DNA of 59,077 bases, counting the filler, from Sphacelaria rigidula (taxonomy: Eukaryota), in the NCBI GenBank assembly GCA_964200075.2. It is 8 parts of 8 records of this genome, joined end to end, with 100 filler letters (N's around TTAATTAATTAA, not from the genome) between each part and the next. Parts side by side here need not be neighbours in the genome. Positions count along the whole stretch, not along the records: positions 1 to 7,298 come from CAXNAA020015567.1; positions 7,399 to 14,696 come from CAXNAA020015568.1; 6 more parts are not named here. The stretch is one strand, 5' to 3'. Under the pieces are notes generated by a model. That model saw nothing but the letters and a program-made list of their open reading frames with translations, did no database searches and had not been told where the DNA came from. Shown here piece by piece: positions 1 through 11,092 of this stretch. Every line of letters begins with the position of its first letter. The stretch's first letter is position 1. A program made the position numbers and the translations under genes.

Positions 1-76
1 CTTTTTTTCCCACCTATACAACCTTCCCCCACTCGAAATTCCACCCTCACCCCCCCCCCCCCCCCCCCGTTGAACC

Positions 77-472
77 CTAAGCCCTCTGGTAGGTACACTC
101 CCATGATACTATCCAGAGAAATACGATAATAACACCTCTACTCCACAGTAATAATGATTGGTACTTCCAGTCTCCGAATCCAACACAACGGCCACCGTAG
201 TGCGCCGGTCCCAGCACTGCTGCAGGCATTCTCGGTAAACTACTCTTATACAGCTTATTACAGAATCAGCAGAATCTTGTCAACGAGCACCAACAGAGAC
301 AGGAACACTGTACGGCAACAATTTTTGATAAAAATATGCCACAGTACAGTCCACGACCATACCCGAGGAGCAGCAACCCTCCCAACACGCAAACAGAATA
401 CCGATATAAATGCGCACGACGTTGGCATACATCTCATCTACTGGTATCGGATACGTTTCTCCCCGCGCTTAA
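77..472 (-). mobile_element. Possible LTR-like repeat with CTAAG/CTTAG-type terminus (degenerate)
   Basis: Begins CTAAGCCCTCT, like the CTAGCCCTCT end of the 38194-38506 repeat, with loose internal similarity. The right boundary (CTTAA at 468-472) is uncertain. It is followed by about 2 kb of strand-biased, decayed-looking sequence. Confidence 0.25.
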
Positions 473-3400
473 ATCAAGCTAAAAATATCGCACTACACCA
501 CGGTAAGCTCCACAATCCACCACGGTGCGAGTGGGGCAGGAAACTTCGAAACCACTCGAGAGAAAAAAGCGCTGGGGATGGCGCACGCTATTCAGACGTC
601 GCCCATGCCCTACATCAAAATCACATGACGACCACACCATACGCACCAGACCAAGGCTGCAGCGTTGTACGTACCGTACATAACCGGAAGAAGCATAAGC
701 ATCCAACCACGGTGCACACAAGCATAAACAAAGCAATATCGCATCCTCCTCACGCTGGCAAAACGCACTCTTGGCAGACAGTCTGGACGAACACACGCGG
801 GACACAACCTGCAGCAAGCAAGCACTGGCTTCACCTTCCAACCATATTTCATCACCCACTCCACACACGAAGAATACGTACAGTTGATAAGGGCAGTATG
901 TAAAGTCCCAACACATGCACACCTCATCCATCAAACGCTCCACCAATGGTGGGAGGCGGGCGGGAGGAGAGAGGGTAGGGGGGGGGAGACTATGTAGGCA
1001 CTCATGAACAGAAGTCACGTGTCATCATACGAACAAGATATGTAGGGACTCAGCAACAAAGTCGCGCAGCATACGAAGACGACATAGATCCCCGGTTCCC
1101 CTAGGTTCGGTAGGAGCAACGCCCTGCTTGTGATGATGACCATGGAAACTCCCTGGTCCCCCAGCTCGTCTCTTAACACACACAGTCTCTCACTCAGGTA
1201 GTTTTGACACCAACCATCGCACAACAGACACAAACACCTCTCCGTACCAACCCAAACCCTCAACAGCGACAATAGTTTCACGACGCAAAATATGATTTGG
1301 TTCATATCAAGCAGCGGTTGCGAAAGCCTAGACTAGACCCAACGCTCCTTGCGCATAACCAGGCATCACAACTCGAACCCTCAACCGTCCCCTCCCCAGC
1401 TCACGGCACAAAATGTACTGCCCAAACGTTACACTGAACAATGCAGTAATTGACCCTAACCTTCGCGATAGATCCCAATCCTCTTCTCTCGCTCTACATT
1501 CATTCGCACATACATTCGACAATCCCTCCCCGTAAAATTCTCAACAAATCACGCGTCGAACACGAACGCCAACTCGCACCACTCGCTAGCACTCACCCCT
1601 TCCAAAGGCTCTCACAACATCGAGCTCTAAACAATGCTAGCGGGAAACACTCAGCACCACGTAGGAGGCCGGTTTCAGAGCTGTCGCCGAACAAAGACGG
1701 TCGCTCCCTCCGGCCACACCCGGTGTGCTTCCTTCCAAGCTCCTCCGTATTTACCGCACAGATATATCCAACACACAGCGTAAGCTACGTCCCAACCTAT
1801 CCCGCACGGCTAACGTACCTCTCTGTCAAGAATAAACGCAGCTAGCTGCACCCGACGGTCATATCCCCATCGAGAAAGCACTTCCCATGATAGGAGAACG
1901 TTGTTTACACAGGAGCGGACGCAATAGAAAAGCGTGGACGCCGCACAGAGGCATGAAACCTTGCGAGTGAACTAGAAAAATGAAATTCCATTCGAAGCGC
2001 AGCTGAGTGGAGATGTTCGTCACAGTGGTACGAAAAAAGCAGAGCACACAAATGATCCACAAGACCGACGTTTGCTATATATATCGCAGACATGGTTTGA
2101 ACAAGATATGAAGGACGTGAAGCCGCAAGGAGATTGCAGTAGAACACATCACACGGCGTGACATCTGCAGACAGACCGTGAACGCGTCCACGCCCTTCGA
2201 AACGTCTAGGGTCCCCATTTCTCTGCCTCCAGCGTCGCCTCATACGGGTGAGTAAGACAAGAACCGCCCCCGCCCCCCCTTCCCTCCCGAGGCAGACACC
2301 GAAAAACGACTCTGACCAGGAAACAGAACAAATCCAAAACATCGCGAAGATAAGACCAAAAGCGGACTCCCAAACATTGACTGGATGAGCAGAAACAAGC
2401 AAGAAAACAAGTAACCGACGCCAGAAAGACACAAAGGCAAACGAGCCCGAAACACCACACACGAAGCAATGCGAAGGCCGGAACACACACGCAAGCAACA
2501 GCATCCACTCTCATCCTCGCCATGCTCTTTCACACCTCACACCACGAACTTCCCCCAACTATCACACGTCAGTCACTACATGCCTCAAAACACCACAATC
2601 TTTGACTCTATCCGTGTCTGATTCACCTAAAAATCGCAAGGTATGTATCTTTGAAGTGCTGCATGCAAAACAACGACATGTATACCCACCCTCAGCTACA
2701 CCCCACCCCCCACCCCGCCCTCTACGCCCGTGCGTGCTTTGCCATCCCGTGATAAATTGTTCAGACTTACAAACCTGTGTGCGTGCTGTATACACTGCGT
2801 GGTGCAACCTTCGCTCCAGAATATGCAAATGCACGAAACTTACACAAACTGATACCTCCAAGTGTGCGCCATATGTGCGCGTCCCATGCTACCTATCTCC
2901 AAACGCCCCTCCCGTGAATTGCCTGGACTACAAATCTATTGTGCGTGCTGCGTATATACTGCCTATTGTACTGCTCTCAGAGCATTCAGGTACACGAAGC
3001 TGTCATCTCCAGACGTGCTGGCCAGGATGTGCTCCGTGCTGTCTGTTCCCAAGACACTTTGGACCTCACCCTCCAAAATCCGTGAGTGCGACTAGTGAAC
3101 TGGGAGGTATCGTCGGCAAACATTGGTTTCACTATGTAGACGTCGTGGGGCACGGCAGCGAACAACCAAACATGGCTGCTGGCATTGCTACATTCCGATG
3201 TGTTGCTTTTTCCCTTCGCTTTCAATTCACCCCCGCCCACCCGCCCTCTGCATTCCTTTCCGCCAAAAACAGTTTAACAAAACAGTTCAAGGGATGCGTC
3301 ACGTGCCCATGCAAGACAAACAACCAGGATATGTACTCCTAGACAACGCCCTTCGAGGAACACGCGCTAGTCATGCCTCTCACAAGGTCTTGAGTGGTCA

Positions 3401-3557
3401 GTCAGGACCATCCCCCCTAGCTCCTGCCCCCTGCGAGTGAACAAAAGGACACAAAGGCGTTCCAAGTATGCACATTTGAAAGGGCACGCTTGGTTTGCCG
3501 CTTGCGAACACCCAACACACGCATAAGCGAACCGGCAGGGCCTGGGAGACAGGCAGA

Positions 3558-3982
3558 TTAAGATCGTCGCCTGGTAACGGGTGGGAGACCTGCCCGTGCT
3601 CTGTCCGCAGCAGCCTGCCGTGCAGCTGTACGCGGCCCCCGCCTCTTCTCCGCCCTCTTCTGTCCTTCGTTCGCCCCGCCCCTGCACCTTTCTCCGCCGG
3701 CAGATACAGCAGATACACCAGCGGGCGGGACGGTGCTGAGGCAAGCGGTGCACCCGTGTCTGTGTGTTATGTTCGATGGACATGAAGGGATAAAGAACGC
3801 CGACGGCGGCGGGAAAGGGTGGGTCAGAGCTATGGGTTGTCGGACGAGTGGAGGACGTATGGTGCGGTCCTGCGTGGTAGCGAGATCAAAAGGCTTGAGG
3901 CCTTCCCGACAGGCGGGGGTTAGCTTGTTGGGCTGGGTGGAGCTTTTTGCTGAGATTTCGGGGCTGCACTTGCGCCCGTCGA
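3558..3982 (-). CDS. Probable terminal exon of the coiled-coil gene
   Basis: Acceptor ...TATGTCCAAG| (AG at 3984-3983). Phase 1 matches the donor T|GTGAGA at 4259/4258 and gives ...TGRRVRFDGRKCSPE..., open to the stop at 3558 (frame of ORF 3558..3998). Confidence 0.55.
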
Positions 3983-4258
3983 CTTGGACATAGATCACAG
4001 AGTAGTGCGATCCCCATCACACCATGGCTATGATTAATCGGTCAGACAGAACACGGCGAACGACAACGAGGGCACTTTCGGGATCTCTTGGCCACAACAC
4101 AACCTGGGACAGATCCCAAGTTTCCTTGCACCGGGCAGTGCAGACGATACGTAATCACTGCATCCCCTCCACGCCCGCCTCGAGGTCAATGGTCATATGA
4201 CTACGGCATGCAAGATCATGAGTACACGCCCACCTCCAATTGTTTGGAACATTCTCAC

Positions 4259-7200
4259 AACGGACCCGTCGCCCTGTCTCCGGCCCTGCATCCCGCACCC
4301 TCGCCCTCTCTCGCTCGACGACAATGTCCGCGGCATATGCTCCTCGCGACCCGTCGACCACCGACTGGAGGTATTCCACCTTCGTTTGAAGGGTCGCGAT
4401 CTCAAGCCTTGCCGCCGCGTCCTTCTGCGCCAGCGCGTAACCCGCCCGAGTCTCGCTCGCCTCCACCTCCCTCTTCAGCACGGCGACCTGCGCCTTTGCA
4501 CGCGCCGCAGCACACTCTGCCTCCTCAGCTTGAGCGATGGCGCGCCCTTGCACCTCCGATTGATGCGCGGCGTTCGCCAGCAGGTCGTCGAAAGGCGCCA
4601 GATAGCGCGTCAGCTTTCCTTCCCTGTGGATGGCTTCCCTGAGCTGATCCTGAAGAGTCTGGGACTCGGAGGCGAACGCCGCCTTCGCCTTTTCCTCCTC
4701 TCTCAAGCGCTCCGCAAGTTTGGCCATGTCATCGGCGTGGATAGTATTCGTGTCCGCGTATGTCTTCTCCCTCGCGAGCTGGGCTCTCCTCGCCTCCTTC
4801 AAGTCGATCACCCTCTCCTCCAAGCGACGTTCCAGCCTCTGAATTTCCTCCTGCAATGCGGACTTGGCGACTTTAGCGTCCGCGTCGTAGACTTCCCAAC
4901 GCTCCTTCATCGTCGTCAACAAGCACTGGAGGTGCACACTGTGCGCCTGCTCGCGGTCTGCGCGCCGTCCTTCCCTCGCCAGCTCTCTCCCCAACCTGTC
5001 GACGTCTAGGTTCAGCGATTCCTCGGAACGCTCGGTATCACGCAATTTTCCCATGGCAGTCAACAGGTTTGCGCGCAACGTGTCGACCTTCTGGGAGAGT
5101 CGCTGTTGGCAACGCTTCGCGTGTCTCAGACTCTCCTCCTCAGCACCAAGGCTTGATAACGCCGTCAATGCCTTGCACCGCTCAGTTTCCAACTCCTGCC
5201 TTGCCTTGAACTTTTCAGCTTCATGCTTCTTCTCCCGCTCTGCCGCGTCGGTAAGACCTTTCTGCGCTATTTCAATCCGCTGTTGCAAGACAGCAGTCTG
5301 CTTCCTCGTCTCCCATTCCCACTCTCTCTTTGCCCTCGCCGTCGCGTCTGCCGCCGCCGCCGCCTCATCCGCCTTTTCCCTGACCAGCCGCACCACCCGC
5401 CGTTCCGTCTCAGCAGCACTACTCTCCAATTCTGTGATTCGGCCTCGAAACTCCGAAATGCGCTCATCTGTGCGTTGTCCCAACCGTTGCTTTGCCGCCG
5501 TCACCGCCTCCACCTCGCTTGACTTCTCTCTCGCCAGTTCTTCGGCTTGGGTAAGACGAGCCTCGAGCTCTACAATTTGGTCTCGCATGCCCCACTTGCT
5601 CTCCCTCGCCGCATCTTCTGTCTGGGAAAGACGAGCCTCTAGCGCCGCAATTCGGTTTCGCATGCCCGATTTTTCCTCCTCCGCCTTCTTCCCCAAGCGC
5701 TGCTTGGCGACTTTCGCCGCCGCCCCTGCCGCCAGCGCCTCGGTCGTCTTTTTCCTCGCCACTTCTCCGTTCCGGGCGAGACGAGCCTCGAGTTCCGCTA
5801 TGTGGTCTCGCATCACTGCTGCTTTCTCGCTGGCCTGCTGCTCCAAGCAACGGTTGGCCGCTCCCGCGGTCGCTGCCGTAGCCTCGGCCGCTGCCACTGC
5901 CGCCGCCGCCTTGGCCGCCTCCTCGGCTGCCTCGTCGCGCGTGACTTGTTGCCATGCGCGTAGATCGTCCATGTCACCCTGTAACCCCGCCAGCTGCTTC
6001 TCCATCTCCGTGCGCACCTGCTTTACGGCGTCCTCCTTGGCAGCCGCGGCGTTTGCTAGTCCTTCTAAGCGCATACGCTCCACCTGCTCAAGGCTGGCGT
6101 CATAGAACCCGGCTTTTCTCTCGACTATTTGGCCCAGCACTTTGGCTCTTCTCGTCGCGTCCTTCTCCCGCTCCAGCTGATTGTCGACATCACGCAGGCG
6201 CGTCTTCAGCTGTTCGTTTTCCTTTTGTGCCGAAAGCGCGTCATCTGCTGCCGCCTGCGTCGCCTGTACCATGGCCTGTCGTTCGTCCGCAAAACGGGCC
6301 TCCAGCTCCGACTTCTGCTGACGAGCTCCGTGCACGAGCTTTTTCAACTCCGCCGTTTCCCCTGCGGAGGACAAAGAACCCTCAAGCACGTCTGCCCGCG
6401 CATCTTCGTCACCCGTAGACCCGGGGGCAAGCCGTCCATTGGGCGATTGCGTATCTTGTGACTTTCGACAGTCACCGTCTGTGGGCAATACGTGCACAAC
6501 GGAGCTGCTAGTGCCACGAACTCTTGTGGGCAGTGTGAGATAGATGGAACTGATGTTACCGCGAGCTGGTAGCGGTGAAGGAGGCAATGCGCCAGGAGTG
6601 GGCGAAGCATCAAACGCTACTCCGGATAGCGATACCATCAAACGGCCATGGTCCTGATCTTCAGCAGTGGTAGCGGCGGTGGTGGTGGCCGCGGGGCTCG
6701 TGTCTTCCTCGGAGCTACTGCTGCTGCTGCTGCTTCCTGAGAATCGGCGGTTGCTGCGGAAGCTGCTGCTGCTGCTGCTGCTGCACGACAATGGCGGCGG
6801 CGAGCATGGGGATGGCGGCGGCAGTGTATCTGTAGCATCTGTTGGAGACTGTGAAAGCTCTGCTGCAGTCTCCGCCGTCTCCTCCACCGCGCGCTCAGTC
6901 GCGTAGCGCGACGCCACCCGATGATCACTGGTGTCTGCAAAGGAGCGGTCGATGTTGCAGGTCCAGGACGGTTTCCGGGCCCATGGCTCGTACTGTGGAG
7001 CGAGACACATGTCGTCGTCACTCTCCCCAACGCGCTGTCCGGGAGAAGCCTGATTCAGCAGGAAAAAGTTCGGGCTTACTGGCTCACCAGTAGCCGCTAC
7101 GCTCTTGCTGATGCCGAAGCCCTTGAGCACCGTCACGAGCGCACGCGCTTGATGACGCGGTTTGGTTGGAGTTTCGACGGGGAACCTCGTGTACTCGAAA

Positions 7201-7298
7201 CGCACGCGCGGTTGGGACTCGGCGTGGCGGCAGTCGTGCTCTCCGTAGAGTAGGCGGAGGGGTTCCAGGTTTATTGCCGTCTTACGGATCGTATTCCC
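4259..7298 (-). CDS. Large exon of an uncharacterised long coiled-coil protein (Ser/Pro/Thr-rich N-terminal part followed by a long A/E/K/R-rich heptad region); 5' end cut by the contig edge
   Basis: The 1016-aa ORF 4155..7205 stays open upstream to the contig end at 7298 (GNTIRKTAINLEPLRLLYGEHDCRHAESQPRVRFEY...). It has heptad composition and repeated MRxxIxELEARL motifs, with a GTGAGA donor after 4259. Confidence 0.85.
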
Positions 7299-7398
7299 NN
7301 NNNNNNNNNNNNNNNNNNNNNNNNNNNNNNNNNNNNNNNNNNTTAATTAATTAANNNNNNNNNNNNNNNNNNNNNNNNNNNNNNNNNNNNNNNNNNNN
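7299..7398. other. Artificial contig spacer N44-TTAATTAATTAA-N44
   Basis: Exactly 100 bp with a six-frame stop linker; the same spacer occurs seven times. Confidence 0.98.
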
Positions 7399-7586
7399 CG
7401 GCTCATAATTTTCCGCGGGAAAATTCCAAACACACATGGTTGACTCCGTGAGCTTCTCCGGTGCTCTGCGTACAGACCCCCCCCCCCTCAAAAACCACCG
7501 CCCCCGAGCTCTGGAAACCCCCGGATATCTCGGAACTGCCAGCCTGTACAACCGCTCCGAGGCGACGCTCGTCGTCTAAGGGTTAA
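7399..7586. mobile_element. Terminus of a piggyBac-type non-autonomous element (ends AGGG|TTAA)
   Basis: Same sequence family as the arms at 21050-21282 and 21385-21625; ends GTCTAAGGG followed by TTAA. Confidence 0.6.
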
Positions 7587-8108
7587 GGGTTAAGTAGGGC
7601 GCGGAAACGTAGACCTTGTTATCGCACCCTTTTTCGTCAATAAACCAGTCGGGTACACCCGACTCTCCGCTAAAGAGTTATACGATACCCTTTTTTGTCC
7701 AAGTGTGTACCCGTTTAGGTTCTCTGACGTATGCTTGCATGCCCGTTTTTTTTCAGTGCTGGCCCTGCTCCGGGCTCCGCAGTGGACACTTTTTCTGTCT
7801 ATTTCCCAACATGGGATGTATAGATGAAAAAGCTGGACACCTCGCGACCTCAAAGCTCCGTGGAAAACGCTTTTTGCATATATGTTTGCAACAAACAGTA
7901 GCGACGGTACGGTGACATGCCACAGATGAGGGAAATCAAGAGGAATCAAACATATTCCGGGTAGTATAGCATAGTATAGATTTACCCCTACCCTATATAT
8001 AGCCCCCTCCGATGGTCTCATGACTACTCGTATGGCATGCATGATCATGAGTACACCCTCTATATGTCGTACGATATTATATTTCATATAACTTAGCATT
8101 ATTTTTTC

Positions 8109-8713
8109 CAGGGCTATACACGTTACACGTGCTATAGCGTTACACGTTACGTTTTGGCCGAAACGTAACGTGAACGTTTTTTTTTTCCACGTGATGAACG
8201 TAACGTAAACGTAACGTTAATTATTTTCTACGTGGTGAACGTAACGGTAACGTAACGTCAAAAATTCGGATGTAACGGTAACGTAACGTTAACTTTTTTT
8301 ACGTGATGAACGTAACGTGAACGTGTACATCTATAGCCAGGGCTATACACGTTACACGTGCCATAGCGTTACACGTTGCGTTCACGTTACGTTTTGGCCG
8401 ACACGTAACGTGAGCGCTATTTTCTTTTCAAGTGATGAACGTAACGTAAACGTAACGTTAATTTTTCAAATGTAACGTTAACGTAACTTTATTTATTTTT
8501 ACGTGATGAGCGTAACGTGAACGTAACGCTAATTTTTCAAATGTAACGCTAACGTAACTTTATTCATTTTTACGTGATACGTGAACGTAACGTTAATTTT
8601 TCAAATGTAACGCTAACGTAACGTTATATTTTTTTCACGTGACACTCGCCACGTAACGTGAACGTTATTTTTTATTACGTGATGAACGTGAACGTGCAAC
8701 GTGTATAGCCCTG
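8109..8713. mobile_element. hAT-like MITE (tandem/partial dimer) packed with AACGT subterminal motifs
   Basis: TIR CAGGGCTATACACGTT at 8109 and AACGTGTATAGCCCTG ending at 8713, with a second left TIR at 8338. Flanking 8-mers ATTTTTTC and GTTTTTTG form a degenerate TSD. Confidence 0.75.
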
Positions 8714-9159
8714 GTTTTTTGAAAGGGTAAAGTATAAATACATGTGTACTCGTATATATATTCATATCGTTATATATCATATACCCTACGGAGATTTGTC
8801 AGCAAAATGTGACTAAAAGGGTGAATACTCGTACTACAAGGGCATATATGTGATGTGTGTGTAAATATATATACCTGTATCCGGTGATATTTAACAGGGT
8901 ATTGCCTGTATCAGGTGATCTGCAGTGATATATATGTCTGCATCAGATAATAAATGTAAGAGATCGGCTTGTATCGGTGCAATGTACCATATATAGTGCC
9001 CAATAAACATAACGCCTGGGACGACACGCCCACCCAAAAGGCACAATGGATCTGTCAGACTTTCATTGCTGTGGTGAAGTTTTGACACGCGATGAGCAAC
9101 GCCCAGGTGTTCTCTTCTTATGTGTAACGCCGCTGCTTTCAACAGACATGAATTAAAGT

Positions 9160-9855
9160 CTGGAAAAGTGCCTTTTTGCAGCGTCTACGTCGTTTTACGC
9201 TCTACAAGAGAGCTACGCGGAGTTTGACACCTTGGAATGGCTTGGTCTACTTATTGAGGCGGTGTCAGGGCATCTTCCCGTTTACCGGTGGCCGCTGTTT
9301 TAATTTTGGCCAAACAAGAGTTTTTGTCCAAGAACAGTGATATTATTGTCTTTCCCTTGTTCAAAAAATGAAATCAACCATCCATCCTCAACCATCCAAC
9401 CATCCATCCTCAAACAATCTTTAATTTAATCAACTTATAATTAATTAATTAATAAATTATATATAATGTGTGTATATATATACCTATTTCCGATGATGTA
9501 GGTCTATATCAGGTGATATATCAGGTGATCTGCATCTCAGAGAAAAATGGCTTTTTTTCTAGATTTATTTGATCGTTCTTGACCGTTCTTGGACAAAAAA
9601 TCTTATTCAACCCTTTGAGTGGGAGACTAGGTCCATCTGTTGAATCGGCATCAATATGTAGTTGAAAAAGTATGCGTGATCCAGACGGCACTACCTGCAC
9701 CGCGGTCTAAGGGTGGAACTGCGGCCACTGGATAACGGGAAGGTGTCCTGGAAGCGCCTCAACAAGTAGAGCAAGTCATTCCAAGGTGTCAAACTCCGCC
9801 TAGATCTCGTTTAGGTTTAAACGACGTAGAAGCTCCAGCAAGACACCTTTTTCTT
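9160..9855. mobile_element. Fold-back/MITE with long inverted arms, right arm interrupted by a piggyBac-type mini-MITE
   Basis: 9165-9340 is the reverse complement of 9580-9610 plus 9714-9855 (e.g. GGAGTTTGACACCTTGGAATG and CATTCCAAGGTGTCAAACTCC). A third, diverged arm copy lies at about 9860-9990. Confidence 0.7.
9611..9713. mobile_element. ~100-bp piggyBac-type mini-MITE, copy 1
   Basis: CCCT...AGGG ends, preceded by TCAA; core TCATCTGTTGAATCGGCATCA-like motif shared with 21287-21380 and 40588-40684. Confidence 0.65.
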
Positions 9856-10113
9856 CTTGATCCTTCTGCGTCGTTTGACGCCCTACAAAAGGGTTAGGCG
9901 GATGTGGTCACCTTGGAATTACCTGCTCTAAATACTCGTTGAGACCTTTCCAGGGCACTTTTGCGTTTTCTTGCGGCCGCAGTTTTGTTTTCTGCCAACC
10001 TTGCCTTTTCAATAACAAACGGTCAAGGTATCAAAAACAGAGAGAGAAACAGACACACACGCATAAAGCATCATCCGCCTATGGAGTACTGACTCCACAG
10101 CCGGCCCACCCAC

Positions 10114-10416
10114 CAGCTGAACATCTTGCAAGCACCCTTCCAACAGCTCTATTGTTGGGGTGCGATAATCGTCAGCTGCATCTCCCCTGACTGAATCACC
10201 ATCACCTTGAAGCCACAGGGGCACCTCGTCCCACTCCTGTTCCCCTCCACCGCGACTTAGCGATTGCTTGTTTAATCGTTCTCGTCGCCTATTCGCCACC
10301 ATCGCCAGCCCCTCCGAAGGGCGCCCGGGCCGAATCCACGTAGCCTGGTTGGCGTTGGATTTGGCTGCTGCATCGATGCTTTCGAACAGGCCGGCGGCAA
10401 GACTATACAGAGACAT
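10114..10416 (-). CDS. Candidate first coding exon (N-terminus reminiscent of golgin-84/GC1-type golgins)
   Basis: ATG at 10416, MSLYSLAAGLFESIDAAAKS..., open to GTGGGT/GTGGGC donors near 10113-10109. The family resemblance is from recall only. Confidence 0.45.
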
Positions 10417-10972
10417 GGTCGTGTACGTTAATCGGAGCTCGTCGCAATCCCTAGATGTAGGCGCTTGCTGTAAAGCAAAGCAGAGAGCTCGAGCGCTGTT
10501 GAATGTAGTTATCGATCCTCCTCTCAGCGCGGGCTATGCGCATACGGTGCGGACAAATATCTGCACCACAGCTGGGATCCGGAGCGTTCTCAGGAAAGTT
10601 CACGTCGTCCGTGGTCCAAGGCATGTGCGGAACAAGCAAAGAGGTTTCTACAGGGAAACCGGCGGCGCCATGCACCGATGTAAGCTGTGCGGTGTGGCAA
10701 CGCACTTAGGATAGTGCTTCCTATATTCTTCACTCTGCTCCAGTCAAGTACGACGACAGTTCAGCGCAACAGTAGGTGCATATGTGTGCGTGGATACAGA
10801 CAGTATCAACCATGAAAACGAAACGGTTTATCCTGTCGTTTGTTTGCGGTGTAGTGGTCGGCCCGACTGATTGAATATACTGTTCCGAAAATAGCATTCT
10901 GTTGAGGTACGCTGGGTGTGTACTCCCGACCGAACAAGCAGGCAAGCACATACATAGCGTGCGTTTTTACAG

Positions 10973-11092
10973 ATGGCGGAACCCGCAGCTCCGTCGCTTA
11001 TGTCCACGGAAAAGCCTGCCTCCGAAAATGTCATGTCTTCGCCGTCTCCACGCTCTCCAACGAAGGCTCGTCGGTTGACGCCAGCTATGATC
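10973..11092 (+). CDS. Candidate exon of an unidentified gene
   Basis: TTTTTACAG| acceptor, 120 nt, |GTGAGT donor, open in two frames. Neighbouring candidate exons at about 10572-10679 (CACAG|...|GTAAG) and about 11217-11528. Confidence 0.4.

Noticed and set aside
154-2560. ORFs 154..903, 479..1018 and 1905..2504 as genes
   Set aside because: They show strand-biased low-complexity composition (His/Thr or Cys/Val-rich) with no motifs; more likely a decayed retroelement interior.
5053-6105. 350-aa and 270-aa plus-strand ORFs (also 4197..5009)
   Set aside because: These are antisense shadows of the GC-rich coiled-coil exon.
9439-9453. Additional TTAATTAATTAA linker
   Set aside because: There are no flanking Ns; it is a natural AT-rich tract inside a fold-back element.
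10572-10600. Kinase glycine loop LGSGAFSG
   Set aside because: No VAxK, HRD or DFG motifs follow in any compatible exon.
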